Shown here one piece after another: positions 37,577 through 48,177 of a stretch of DNA of 64,000 bases. Within the stretch, counting starts at the first letter, position 1; every line of letters begins with the position of its first letter. A program made the translations under genes and the position numbers. This DNA comes from Ignavibacteriota bacterium (GTDB taxonomy: Bacteria > Bacteroidota > Ignavibacteria > UBA10030 > UBA6906), in the NCBI GenBank assembly GCA_963801355.1, contig CAWDEM010000008.1, positions 1,152,001 to 1,216,000 of the forward strand, in the 5' to 3' direction. The notes under the pieces are model-generated. The model was not told where the DNA came from. It worked only from the letters and a program-made list of their open reading frames with translations, and searched no databases.

Positions 37577-40500
37577 TTATCGGAGCAAGACAAGCTTGCG
37601 AGTCAGTACGAACGACCCTGCTCCGCTTTTGGAGTCACGCCCGACGGCGGAGTCCAGAGGGCGGGCCTGAATCCTGTAGAAATAGACTCCGCTCGATAGC
37701 CCGTTCCCCTCGAACCTGACCTCATGATACCCTGCTTCCTGTCCCCCATCCTGAAGAAGGGCAACCTGCTGGCCCAGTGTGTTGAATACTGTCAAACTCA
37801 CATGCGAGCGACTAGGCAGACCGTAGCGGATTGTCGTCGAGGGGTTGAATGGGTTGGGGTAGTTCTGCATCATCCCAAAGGCTATCGGTTGCAGGGTTTC
37901 CCCTACTTCTGTCGTGCCTGTATTGCTTCCCCTCGGCGTTGGAGAACTGAAAGTGCTCCAGGTTCCAGCTCCATCAGGAGATCGACCATACGACCTATTG
38001 GTTGATTGAGCGGAGAATGTCAGTGAGTCAATGAAGACCACGCCCGCATCCAACGACTGCGCCATCCCGATCTGTTCTGCGGTGCGATCCAGTTTAAACG
38101 CAAGGTGAAGCACTCCTTGCGTCACCTGATCGTCCGCCCAGAGAACGAGATATCCCTTCGCGGGGATTGTGGTCAGCTGAGGATCGGTGCGTGGAATGAG
38201 ATGCTTGGTCGGCTTGCTGAAATTGTCGGTGAAGTACAATCCTCCAATGTTGATGGGAAACGTATTGCGGTTGTAGATCTCAATCCAGTCGTCGTACTCC
38301 CCCGATTCATCAGCAAGCACAGCATCATTGTCTGCCATGAATTCGTTGACGAAAAGACCCGAGATCGGAACTGAATTCCCGGATCGTCCGGGTGTTCCAC
38401 CTTGTGCATAGCTCGGGCGCCAACTGCTGGATACCATGTTTTCCAACGAAGGAAGGTCTAATTCAAGAGAAGGTCCCGTGCCATCCGGCTCGGTGGGCCA
38501 GAACTCCCTGTTGTGGTAGTTCACGAAATCAATCAGCGTGCCGGCGCCATCGCTGAGAGAAATAGAACCTGTTCGTTGTGGCAGGGTGCCTGCACTCCAC
38601 TGAACGACCGGAAATCCTCTCCCCTCGTACATCGAACTGTTCCTGGCAATGACAATGAACCCGCCGCCGGGCACAGTAACGTTGCCAAACGTGTGCTCAA
38701 TGCTCCCCGTGAGCCGGTACCCGGCGAGATTGAGTCCTGACGGACTGATATTCTTCATTTCGACGAATTGAAAACTCTCTCCCTCAACCGGGTGGTAGTG
38801 GATTTCGTCGATGATCAATGCGTTGGTCTTTTGTGCATCATAGGGATAGGCCCCGAGATCAGGTAATGAACCATCCGGGTCGGCCGGCAACAACGGGTTT
38901 CCGCTATTGATTGCGGGGGAGGTGGGAGAAAGATACAGGTCGTTCAGAAACAGTGGCTCAGCTTTCTGATTGTACAGTCCGGGCAGGATATCCGTATTGC
39001 TGAGGCAATAGGAGAGGGTAATGCTCGAAAGGCCATCAACCAGAATTGGCGATTCAACACTGCTGGCGATGATAGAGTTCACGACGTCCGCCCGGCCTCC
39101 ACCATGGCCAAGAATCTTCTCATAGCACGCGACACCGACGTGATTGGCATAAAATGTATTCTGCTCAATCTGTGCATGAGAATCGAAATCCTTGACTGCA
39201 ACACCCATCCCGCAATTCGCAATGACATTTCGTCTGATCAACGCTGTCGAGCCCTGCCCCACCGACACTCCTTTGTCTAGAATATTGAAAATGACGTTCT
39301 GCTCGATAAGGATATCCCTGGCGCCTTCACCCAAATCGATGGCATCGCTGTTGAATCCGTAGATCCCGTAGATCCGATTGTTCCGGATGGCTCCGCTGTG
39401 TACGCTGTCATAGTCGATACCGTCGGAATCGAATCCCTCATCCCCCATCAAATCGCAATTCTCCGTAAGTGCAAAGTCAGCCTGCTTGATATTGATCAGA
39501 TCTCCCGCGGAGGTTGAATGAAGACGGCAATGGTCAAGTGTCACAGAGCCATATCGGATGAAGACGGGCATCAGAACATTGTCCACATTAAGGTTCCGTA
39601 CGGAGAAGCGGGAGTTGTATCCCGACACCGCAGCACGGTCCCGAGCAAAGTCAGGGCCCTTCGTGGCCCCGATGATTGTCAGATCAGACACCACAGATGA
39701 ATCCGTCGCGTTCACAAAACAGAGTGCTCCCCAGCTCGGCGCATGTTCGTTTGGCGAAATGACGACCGGGTTTGCCTGCGTGCCTTCCACCAGAAGCCTC
39801 CCCTGAATCATAAGGCTTGCCCCCTCGGGCATGAGCAAGCGGACCCCTTCCGTGATGCGGAGCGTCACTCCGGAGTCGACAACGACATCGGTTTTCGCAT
39901 AATAGGGTGCATGCGCTTGCGTCAACACAGTGTCTCGCGAAATTCGCCCTGGGATGCCGGTAACTGTAGCTTCTTCAAAGACGGCGGAGATGGAAAGGGT
40001 GTCCTGCAAGGTGACAACATCCACCGAGTTCTCAGTCGTTTGCGGGATCCCTTCCCATCGTACAAAGCGATAACCGATCTCCGGTATGGCTTCCAGCTTT
40101 GTTGGAACACCTTTGAAGTAGACGTGGCCGGACTGTTGCATGATATTTTCTGTGTTGTTCACCCGCAGGCGCCCCATTCCGGGGCCGACAATCGTGAAGT
40201 TTAGGATGCACGTGCCACCAAGCTGGAAGTATTCGCTGATGTGCTGACGCTGATAGAAAGGTCGATTACGGGCAAACGTCCTCAACACATTGACATTGGC
40301 ACGCCAGGCGGAATAGTCCGGAATGGGGTTGCCGAAGTATGGTTCGCCGTCTTTCCAGCGCTCAATGTGCCGGGGCATTTCAGTGCTGAGCCGATTCTCG
40401 AATTGATCAATGAGCGAAACAACCGTATCCGGATGGAACACGGTGTTCAGGTAGCTGACACATCGTTGGATGAATCTCGTTTTGAATTCATCATTTTGCA

Positions 40501-42232
40501 GTAGCTTTCTGAAGAGAAGAGTGGACCAGAGGGGTGGAACATACCGGTCACTGAAATTGGACGAAGTAGCAAACCGAAGCGTGTTGTTGGAATATCCTCT
40601 TGAACGAATATTGGGCATCCCGAAGCCATAGTCGGTGTCTTGCAGAATCCACCGCCAGCGCCCGCCCGGTCTTCGCTCCCGCCACATGCGAACGTTTTCG
40701 TCCGCCCAGAATACATTGTCGCAATAGATCTCGGTAATCTGATAATTGAGGTATTCATCCACATCCATCCAGGTTTCCAGGTGTCGATAGTTGGCCGTCA
40801 CGGACAGGTCAGTACCCGAAATGTATTCAAAGAAAGCATCGTAGTTGTCCCCGTGGCCTTCCATGACGGTAGGCGTGATCTCCGTCTCATACTCGAGCAT
40901 ATCCACGTCATCAGGATTGACGTTATGGAGAGTACCAACATAGAATCGATCGGTCTTATCCCGGATATTGTAGATACCCCAGTATTGCGCATTCAGGAAC
41001 ACGACAGTCGGTCGATATGCCTGACAATCGATATCGATCTTGTTCAATACGAGAGAGTGTATCAGCGCATCGCGAAAGAAGGTGCTTCTGTTGTCCGGCA
41101 CTCCTGCATTGCGGAGATACAGAGACCTATATGTGTCCACCTTCCACTGGGGGAACACCTGATACGTGATGGCCTCGGTACCGAATCTGTCGTCGGCAGC
41201 CACCGTAAACGATTTCTGGGGATACAGAAGCGAAGCCTGACCGCTGAGCGCGAGTGAGGCATCGAGACCGAATCCTGCTGTTTTCCCCTCGGTAAAGAAA
41301 TCAACATGAACGGGTATTTCCCGACTCTTAAAATTATGCTCGTAGATTCCGATCTGCTGATCCCAGAGAAGCTCCGGAGGCGTCGACAACGACATGACAG
41401 GAAGTGTGGAGCCGTCATTGATGACGAACGTCCTGGTCACGATCACACTTGGGATCGTATTCTGCTGGAATGCCCTGGCTTTGAGAATGGTTGTCGTGCC
41501 GATACTCAGCGGAGTTGAGTAGAGGGGGGATGCACTGGTCGGTTTTGAACCATCCAGAGTGTATCGAATCTCTCCTGTTCCGGATGCCGTGTGCATTGTT
41601 ACGGTCTGGTTTCCCACGAAGAGCCCACTTTCGAGAGAAACTGTGGGGGGATCAGCATACACAATACTTAATATCCCTTCAGATGTATTGGAAACTGCGG
41701 GAGTTGGTTCTCCAAAGTAGAACCAGTTTGTCGATCCATCGGGTTTGCGCCCGACAGAGATGTCTCGTTCCTGCACGCCAAAGCTCAGGGAGTCGATGAA
41801 GACGCTATCAGGACCTACAAGCCCTATAAACTCTCCTGCTTTATCCAATTTGAAGTTCAAATGACAGTAGCGTGTAGTAAAGGTATCATAGGGATAGTAC
41901 GATCGCTGGAGTTCCTTACCTGGCACCTCATCGTAGTCGTCCGTCCAGATGAGCAAAAATCCTTTCGCGCGAATGATCGTTGGAGCAGGAAATTCCCATT
42001 TGTGTCGATTACCGGGATTATCCGTGACGAAGTATCCTCCAATGTCGACATCCACGTCACCGGCATTGTAGAGCTCAATCCAGTCAGAGAAATCGTCAAA
42101 GTCTACAATATCAGCGTTGGTCGTGACATTGGAGGCCAGGAATTCATTGATGAACAGTTTGGGGGATTCCTGTGCTCCGACAGGTGAAGCCCAAAGAAAC
42201 ATCAGAACCAAAAAGAATGCTTGAATTCTCAT
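37577..42232 (-). CDS. Secreted CotH-kinase-family protein with lamin-tail domains, FN3-like domain, beta-helix repeats and T9SS CTD
   Basis: LTD motifs (INEFLASN, DWIELYN, three copies); IRYTLDGSKP; CotH motifs QKSF, LNAQYWGIYNIRDK, WRWILQDTDYGFG; D(G/A)ID beta-helix repeats; CTD. Confidence 0.88.
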   Translation of the reverse strand: MRIQAFFLVLMFLWASPVGAQESPKLFINEFLASNVTTNADIVDFDDFSDWIELYNAGDVDVDIGGYFVTDNPGNRHKWEFPAPTIIRAKGFLLIWTDDYDEVPGKELQRSYYPYDTFTTRYCHLNFKLDKAGEFIGLVGPDSVFIDSLSFGVQERDISVGRKPDGSTNWFYFGEPTPAVSNTSEGILSIVYADPPTVSLESGLFVGNQTVTMHTASGTGEIRYTLDGSKPTSASPLYSTPLSIGTTTILKARAFQQNTIPSVIVTRTFVINDGSTLPVMSLSTPPELLWDQQIGIYEHNFKSREIPVHVDFFTEGKTAGFGLDASLALSGQASLLYPQKSFTVAADDRFGTEAITYQVFPQWKVDTYRSLYLRNAGVPDNRSTFFRDALIHSLVLNKIDIDCQAYRPTVVFLNAQYWGIYNIRDKTDRFYVGTLHNVNPDDVDMLEYETEITPTVMEGHGDNYDAFFEYISGTDLSVTANYRHLETWMDVDEYLNYQITEIYCDNVFWADENVRMWRERRPGGRWRWILQDTDYGFGMPNIRSRGYSNNTLRFATSSNFSDRYVPPLWSTLLFRKLLQNDEFKTRFIQRCVSYLNTVFHPDTVVSLIDQFENRLSTEMPRHIERWKDGEPYFGNPIPDYSAWRANVNVLRTFARNRPFYQRQHISEYFQLGGTCILNFTIVGPGMGRLRVNNTENIMQQSGHVYFKGVPTKLEAIPEIGYRFVRWEGIPQTTENSVDVVTLQDTLSISAVFEEATVTGIPGRISRDTVLTQAHAPYYAKTDVVVDSGVTLRITEGVRLLMPEGASLMIQGRLLVEGTQANPVVISPNEHAPSWGALCFVNATDSSVVSDLTIIGATKGPDFARDRAAVSGYNSRFSVRNLNVDNVLMPVFIRYGSVTLDHCRLHSTSAGDLINIKQADFALTENCDLMGDEGFDSDGIDYDSVHSGAIRNNRIYGIYGFNSDAIDLGEGARDILIEQNVIFNILDKGVSVGQGSTALIRRNVIANCGMGVAVKDFDSHAQIEQNTFYANHVGVACYEKILGHGGGRADVVNSIIASSVESPILVDGLSSITLSYCLSNTDILPGLYNQKAEPLFLNDLYLSPTSPAINSGNPLLPADPDGSLPDLGAYPYDAQKTNALIIDEIHYHPVEGESFQFVEMKNISPSGLNLAGYRLTGSIEHTFGNVTVPGGGFIVIARNSSMYEGRGFPVVQWSAGTLPQRTGSISLSDGAGTLIDFVNYHNREFWPTEPDGTGPSLELDLPSLENMVSSSWRPSYAQGGTPGRSGNSVPISGLFVNEFMADNDAVLADESGEYDDWIEIYNRNTFPINIGGLYFTDNFSKPTKHLIPRTDPQLTTIPAKGYLVLWADDQVTQGVLHLAFKLDRTAEQIGMAQSLDAGVVFIDSLTFSAQSTNRSYGRSPDGAGTWSTFSSPTPRGSNTGTTEVGETLQPIAFGMMQNYPNPFNPSTTIRYGLPSRSHVSLTVFNTLGQQVALLQDGGQEAGYHEVRFEGNGLSSGVYFYRIQARPLDSAVGRDSKSGAGSFVLTRKLVLLR

Positions 42233-42308
42233 CAGTCTTCTCCTGGATGGCAGTAGCTCTCGTTCCCCTCGGTGGAGGCTTTACTATCGAGTCTCCTCCA
42301 TGGAGGCT

Positions 42309-44474
42309 CTACCTGACCAAAATCATTTTTTTCACATCATGGAACTCTCCCGCGGTGAGACGATAGAAGTAAATGCCGCTTGAAAGTCCGGGCAGACGGG
42401 TATTGAACCTCTCCTCATATGCACCGGGTTCTTTGCTTTCATTTACAAGCACAGCTACTTCCCGCCCGAGGAGGTCAAACACGACGAGCCGTACGCTGGT
42501 CGTAACCGGCAACTCGTAACTGATGACTGTCGTTGGGTTAAACGGATTCGGGTAGTTCTGTGCCAGCGCAAACCGATCTGGCGTACCGGAACAACCCGTT
42601 CGCTCCTCGTTCACCCATGTGACTCCGCCATTGGTCGTGCGCAGGATTATCCCACGATCACCCACAACCGTCCCGACGTTGGAATCGGTAAAGGACACGG
42701 CGTGAAGTTCAAAACCCTGCTGGCTGGATTGAGTCGTCCACCTCACACCGCCGTCAGTTGTGCGAAGGATCGTCATCCGACTCTCATCGTGGAAGGTGTA
42801 GCCTCCAACCACAATTCCTGTGTTGGCATCAGTGAAGCAAACTCCTTGAAGATCGGTGTTTGTCCCACTGGCCTGACTGTTCCATGTTGCACCGCCGTCC
42901 GTCGTGCGAAGAATTGTGCCTTTCCCACCCACCACTGTCCCGGTGCTGGCATCGGTGAAGCTAACTCCTATGAGCTGGTTCGTTGTTCCGCTGATCTGCA
43001 CTACCCACGTCGCTCCTCCGTTGGTGGTGCGGAGAATTGTACCATCACTTCCCACCACGGTCCCCGTGTTGGCATCGGTGAACCAGACTCCATTAAGCCA
43101 GCCCTTCGTTCCGCTGGTCTGACTCGTCCATGTCGCACCGCCATTGGTCGTGCGAAGAATTGTGCCCGCACCTCCTACCGCTGTCCCGGTGCTGGCATCG
43201 GTGAAGCAAACTCCAAAAAGAGAGGACGATATTCCGGTGGATTGGCTGGTCCACGTTGTACCGCCGTTGGTCGTGCGGAGGATTATCCCACGATCCGTGC
43301 TGTCTGTTCCCACCACTGTACCAGTCTCGTTATCGGTGAAGCAGACTCCAGAAAGCCAGCCCGTTGTTCCGCTTGACTGACCGGCCCAAGTTGATCCTGC
43401 ATCCTTAGTGCGCAGGATCGTGCCGTTCATTCCAACCGCCGTTCCCGTATTGGCATCGGTGAAGCGGACTCCAGCGAGCGGAACGGTCGGACCTTTTGTC
43501 TGACTCGTCCACATTGCACCGCCATCGGTCGTGCGGAGAATGACGCCGGGGCCGCCCACCGCCGTCCCGGTCTTGGCATCAGTGAAGCAAACCTCGGCAA
43601 GACTTGCCGTTGTTGAGCTGGTCTGCGTGGTCCATGTAACACCCCCATTGGTTGTACGGAGAATTGCGCCATCACTTCCCACCACGGTCCCCGTGTTGGC
43701 ATCGGTGAACCAGACTCCATTAAGCCAGCCCTTCGTTCCGCTGGCCTGACTTACCCACATCGCTCCTCCGTCGGTGGTGCGAAGAATTGTGCCCCGCTCT
43801 CCCACCACCGTTCCTGTGCATGCATCAGTGAAGAAGACTCCGTTCAACCACTTGGTTGGGTCGCTGGACTGAGCCGCCCACGTCATCCCGCCATTGGTCG
43901 TGTGGAGAATCGTGCCATCACCTCCCACAACAGTCCCTGTGCTTGCATCGGTGAAGAAAACTGCGCTCAACCACCTGGTTGTCCAGCTGGACTGAGCCGC
44001 CCAAGTTGATCCTGCGTCGGTAGTGTGCAGGATCGTGCCGTCCATTCCAACCGCCGTTCCCGTATTGGCATCGGTGAAGCAAACTCCGTTCAACACCTTG
44101 GTTGTCCCACTGGACTGAGCTATCCAAGTCGCCCCCCCATTGGTAGTGCGGAGAATTGTGCAAGCGCTGCCGCCGACTCCGGTCCACCCGACTACCACTC
44201 CGGTGTTAGCGTCGGTGAAGGACGCGCCAGAGAGACCGGCGGTCGTTCCGCTAGACTGGTTCGTCCATGTCGTGCCGCCATTTGTCGTGTGCAGAATTGT
44301 GCCTGCCTCACCCACCGCTGTTCCTGTGTTCGCATCCGTGAAGCATACTGCATTAAGGAACATTGGGGTCGGCAATGGATTCTGCAGGTACCAGTCCGAC
44401 TGGGATCGGGTGGTTGTGTGGCAAAGGAGTACACAAACGGATAGTATTAATGCATCTGGTGCGAGTCTTTTCAT
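42309..44474 (-). CDS. YCF48-like beta-propeller protein with T9SS CTD
   Basis: 14 repeats of L.GV.FTDANTGTVVG..GTILRTTNGG.TW; signal peptide from MKRLAPD; CTD. Confidence 0.9.
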   Translation of the reverse strand: MKRLAPDALILSVCVLLCHTTTRSQSDWYLQNPLPTPMFLNAVCFTDANTGTAVGEAGTILHTTNGGTTWTNQSSGTTAGLSGASFTDANTGVVVGWTGVGGSACTILRTTNGGATWIAQSSGTTKVLNGVCFTDANTGTAVGMDGTILHTTDAGSTWAAQSSWTTRWLSAVFFTDASTGTVVGGDGTILHTTNGGMTWAAQSSDPTKWLNGVFFTDACTGTVVGERGTILRTTDGGAMWVSQASGTKGWLNGVWFTDANTGTVVGSDGAILRTTNGGVTWTTQTSSTTASLAEVCFTDAKTGTAVGGPGVILRTTDGGAMWTSQTKGPTVPLAGVRFTDANTGTAVGMNGTILRTKDAGSTWAGQSSGTTGWLSGVCFTDNETGTVVGTDSTDRGIILRTTNGGTTWTSQSTGISSSLFGVCFTDASTGTAVGGAGTILRTTNGGATWTSQTSGTKGWLNGVWFTDANTGTVVGSDGTILRTTNGGATWVVQISGTTNQLIGVSFTDASTGTVVGGKGTILRTTDGGATWNSQASGTNTDLQGVCFTDANTGIVVGGYTFHDESRMTILRTTDGGVRWTTQSSQQGFELHAVSFTDSNVGTVVGDRGIILRTTNGGVTWVNEERTGCSGTPDRFALAQNYPNPFNPTTVISYELPVTTSVRLVVFDLLGREVAVLVNESKEPGAYEERFNTRLPGLSSGIYFYRLTAGEFHDVKKMILVR

Positions 44475-44528
44475 CAACACTCCCGGAGTGTCAGCGCCTC
44501 GGCACACTGATCAAGACTGCATGCACGA

Positions 44529-46703
44529 TTATCGCAATAACAAGAGCATACGTGTCTGGACAAAGCTCCTTGACTGCAAACTGCAGAAATACACCCCACT
44601 TGAAAGCCAGGATCCGTCAAACGTTACCGTGTAGGATCCGGGTTCTTTTTTTTCGCTCACCAGTGTTGCCACTTGTCGCCCGAGAAGGTCAAACACGGCG
44701 AGCCGCACATGACTGGCAACCGGCACCTGGTAACTGATGACTGTCGTCGGGTTGAACGGATTTGGATAATTCTGCCCCAGCTCAAACCGGTCCGAACTTC
44801 CAGAATGACTGCTTCGTCCGCCGTTCACCCATGTGACTCCGCCATTGGTCGTGCGCAGGATTATTCCACTTTCGCCTACTGCCGTACCGGTGTTTGCGTC
44901 GCTGAAGGAGACAGCAAGAAGGAGAGGCCCAGGTTTGCTATATTGAACTGTCCAGGTGACGCCGCCGTCAATTGTGCGAAGGATGGTCGCAATTGGATAG
45001 TGCAAGAAACCGCAATCCCAAACCGAAGTCCATGTGTTGGCATCGATAAAGGAAACTCCATAGAGATAGCGTTTTGTCCCGCTGGGCAGACTCATCCATG
45101 TCGCACCGCCATCGGTCGTGCGGAAAATCGTGCCACCATTTCCCAACACCGTACCTGTGCTGGCATCCGAGAAAAACACTCCACGCAGCTCGTCTGTCTT
45201 TCCACTGGGCTGACTTGCCCACGTCATTCCGCCATTGGTTGTGCGAAGAATTGTGCCCTCACCGCCCACCACCGTTCCTGTGCTTGCATCAGTGAAGAAA
45301 ACTCCGTTCAACCACTTGGTTGTCCCGCTGGACTGAGCTGCCCACGTCATCCCGCCGTTGGTTGTGCGGAGAATTGTGCCCTCACCTCCCACCACCGTTC
45401 CTGTGTTTGCATCGGTGAAGAAGACTCCTCTAAGTTCGTTCCTATTTCCGGCTGACTTTTTGGTCCAGGTTGTGCCGCCGTCAGTCGTTTTGAGTATTAT
45501 CCCATTTGATTCGTCGGATCCCACCACCGTCCCCGTCTTGGCATCGGTGAACCAGACTCCAGTAAGCCAGCCCTTCGTTCCGCTGACCTGATTTATCCAA
45601 TTCGCTCCACCATCGATCGTGCGCAGGATTGTGCCTTCGGCTCCCACTGCCGTCCCCGTGTTGACATCGGTGAAGAAGACTCCGTCAAGCGGAACCGTGC
45701 TCCCCTTTGACTGACTCGCCCACGTTGAACCCCCATTTGTTGTGCGAAGAATCGTACCCAGATTTCCCACCGTCGTCCCGATGTTAGCATCGGTAAAGTG
45801 CACTCCACTAAGACCAAGATAGGCCGCTATCCCACTGGACTGACGTGTCCATGTTGCACCACCATTGGTCGTGTGAAGTATTGTCTCTCCCCCAACCACT
45901 GTTCCTGTGTTTGCATCGGTGAAGCTGATACTCTCGAACCATACAGTGGTATCGCTCGACTGATTCGTCCAGTTAGATCCACCGTTGGTGGTACGGAGAA
46001 TTCTGCCCTCACCGCCCACCGCCGTGCCGGTGTTGGCATCGGTGAAGCAAACTCCACGCAGATCCTTAGTTGTTCCACTAGGCTGACTTACCCACGTTGC
46101 ACCACCGTTGGTTGTGCGGAGAATCGTGCCCTCACCGCCCACCACCGTCCCCGTGTTGTCATCGGTGAAGAAAATTCCGCGTAACAACTTGGTTGTCCCG
46201 CTGGACTGAGCCGCCCAGGTCATCCCTCCATTGGTTGTGCGGAGAATCGCGCCGTCCACGCCAACCACTGTGCCCGTGTTGGCATCGGTGAAGCAGACTC
46301 CCTGGGGACGGTGAATCATCTCGATGGACTGGCTCGTCCATGTAGCGCCGCCATCGGTCGTGCGGAGGATCTTCGTTGTGTCTGGTGAAACACCCCCACG
46401 AAAGGCCCCAATTGACCCCACTACTGTTCCAACGTTTGCATCAGTGAACCAGAGTCCGGCAAGCCACGCCGCCGTTCCGCTGGACTGACCAATCCAGGTT
46501 GCACCGCCGTCGGTCGTGCGGATAATTGTGCCTCCTTCTCCCACTGCTGTCCCTATATTGGTATCGGTGAAGTAGACAGCAGAAAGGGACATCGGGGTCG
46601 GCAATGGATTCTGCAGGTACCACTCCGACTGGGATCTCGTGCTTGTGTGGCACATGAGAAGGGATGCAATCAGGAGAACTGTATGCCGAATGAGTCTTCT
46701 CAT
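44529..46703 (-). CDS. YCF48-like beta-propeller protein with T9SS CTD
   Basis: Same repeat architecture; start at MRRLIRH; CTD. Confidence 0.9.
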   Translation of the reverse strand: MRRLIRHTVLLIASLLMCHTSTRSQSEWYLQNPLPTPMSLSAVYFTDTNIGTAVGEGGTIIRTTDGGATWIGQSSGTAAWLAGLWFTDANVGTVVGSIGAFRGGVSPDTTKILRTTDGGATWTSQSIEMIHRPQGVCFTDANTGTVVGVDGAILRTTNGGMTWAAQSSGTTKLLRGIFFTDDNTGTVVGGEGTILRTTNGGATWVSQPSGTTKDLRGVCFTDANTGTAVGGEGRILRTTNGGSNWTNQSSDTTVWFESISFTDANTGTVVGGETILHTTNGGATWTRQSSGIAAYLGLSGVHFTDANIGTTVGNLGTILRTTNGGSTWASQSKGSTVPLDGVFFTDVNTGTAVGAEGTILRTIDGGANWINQVSGTKGWLTGVWFTDAKTGTVVGSDESNGIILKTTDGGTTWTKKSAGNRNELRGVFFTDANTGTVVGGEGTILRTTNGGMTWAAQSSGTTKWLNGVFFTDASTGTVVGGEGTILRTTNGGMTWASQPSGKTDELRGVFFSDASTGTVLGNGGTIFRTTDGGATWMSLPSGTKRYLYGVSFIDANTWTSVWDCGFLHYPIATILRTIDGGVTWTVQYSKPGPLLLAVSFSDANTGTAVGESGIILRTTNGGVTWVNGGRSSHSGSSDRFELGQNYPNPFNPTTVISYQVPVASHVRLAVFDLLGRQVATLVSEKKEPGSYTVTFDGSWLSSGVYFCSLQSRSFVQTRMLLLLR

Positions 46704-46716
46704 GTGAACAATGCTT

Positions 46717-47382
46717 TCACATTTCGTCAAAGTACAGGCGAATGTTGCTGATTGACTGAATCTCATTCAATTGCCGCATCAGATCGCTCTTTTCGCATTT
46801 GTTCTTGAGCTCGACATAGAATGTCATTTCAAACAGACCGCCCGTCCCGAGCGATCGCATATTCGCCAGCTTCGCCTTGGTGCTCAACTGTCGGAAGACT
46901 AGGAGATACGGCGGCTCACCTTCAGGGAGAACGCACTGAAATTGAACGACGAACTGATGATCCGAGTGTTGGGCATAGTGGATGCGTTGGAGGAGAATCA
47001 GGACGGCGCAGATCAGAAACGTCCCCAGGATTGCGGTTCCCCGGAGACCGATTCCTGCGGCCATTCCTGCAGCCAGTGCAAAGAAGATATAGACGATATC
47101 CTGAACATCTTTTACTGCTGTTCTGAAGCGGATAATGGACATCGCGCCGACCAGCCCGAAGGCCCTTGCAAGATTATTTCCGATCACCATAATCACCAGG
47201 GCGGTAATCATTGACAGGATCACCATTGAACGTACAAATGTAGGCGAGAAGTTCAGACTGTCTGATGTCAGTCGGTAGGTCAAGGAAATCGTGAACCCGC
47301 ACACGAATGCCATCACAAGGTTGGCCACCATCTGCCCTGGTTCCAGGGACAGGGCGAAGATTGTTTCAAAGCCGGTATCCAT
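46717..47382 (-). CDS. DUF4956 family membrane protein
   Basis: 'VIGNNLARAFGLVGAMSIIRFRTAVKD' signature; several TM helices. Confidence 0.9.
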   Translation of the reverse strand: MDTGFETIFALSLEPGQMVANLVMAFVCGFTISLTYRLTSDSLNFSPTFVRSMVILSMITALVIMVIGNNLARAFGLVGAMSIIRFRTAVKDVQDIVYIFFALAAGMAAGIGLRGTAILGTFLICAVLILLQRIHYAQHSDHQFVVQFQCVLPEGEPPYLLVFRQLSTKAKLANMRSLGTGGLFEMTFYVELKNKCEKSDLMRQLNEIQSISNIRLYFDEM

Positions 47383-47388
47383 CGGAGT

Positions 47389-48177
47389 CTATTCTGGCGT
47401 TTTGATTTGTGTGAACCCGCTGTGCACAGCTCGTGGATAGTTCATATCAAGCGGATCGCCGATCGCTGCGAGCGAATCGATGCAAAAGGTATATTTGGAC
47501 GTCGGCTCCGGCTTCAATGCCATCCGCCGGAGAACCATTCTCAGCCAGAATGGAATGCCAAAATCTGTTTTGACTTCAAGAATCACAAGGTGCGGCGCAG
47601 CGATGTAATCCTCCATGCTACGATCCAACGAAACCAGTCCCCCCGCATTGTGACAGCGCAGGCCCTTGTCCAGGGTAATGCGCAATCCCGGATCATTCTT
47701 TGACAAATAAGCTTCTCGCTCATAAGCAACAGAAATGACCGGACGAAGGCTTCGAGAATGCAGATGAAACAGGAATTGTCGTGCATTCTCTTCCGATCCT
47801 TCCTGCGGGATGAGCATATGAACGCATCCGGCGACATCACTCGTCTCAAGAAAGGAAGAGAGATCTTGATATCGGACGGATGACCGTCGCTTCGCGACTG
47901 TTGCTCCCGTCTTTCTCTTGATCTCAAGATACACAGGGGCAACCGGAGAGATCTCGTTGTAGCTCCGAATTCGTATCTTCAGACGGTCTCTGAGTCCTGC
48001 CAGTTTCTCCTGATAGAAATCTAGGTTCTTCGTATCGAAGTAAAGACTCCGGACGGTGTATTCCTGTCCCGGTCTCGATGCAGCGCGGGGATCCACCTCA
48101 ACGTGCGGCAGGAGCAATGTGCGCAGCGTCGTCAGCTGCGTCGTGTGAAGGCGGAACTTATATTCCCGTCGCGCCAC
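47389..48177 (-). CDS. VTC domain (polyphosphate polymerase domain) protein
   Basis: RREYKF, YTVRSLYFDT, KIRIRSY, LEIKRK, YEREAY, LRITLD, ILEVK, SKY motifs of the VTC/TTM fold. Confidence 0.9.
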   Translation of the reverse strand: MARREYKFRLHTTQLTTLRTLLLPHVEVDPRAASRPGQEYTVRSLYFDTKNLDFYQEKLAGLRDRLKIRIRSYNEISPVAPVYLEIKRKTGATVAKRRSSVRYQDLSSFLETSDVAGCVHMLIPQEGSEENARQFLFHLHSRSLRPVISVAYEREAYLSKNDPGLRITLDKGLRCHNAGGLVSLDRSMEDYIAAPHLVILEVKTDFGIPFWLRMVLRRMALKPEPTSKYTFCIDSLAAIGDPLDMNYPRAVHSGFTQIKTPE

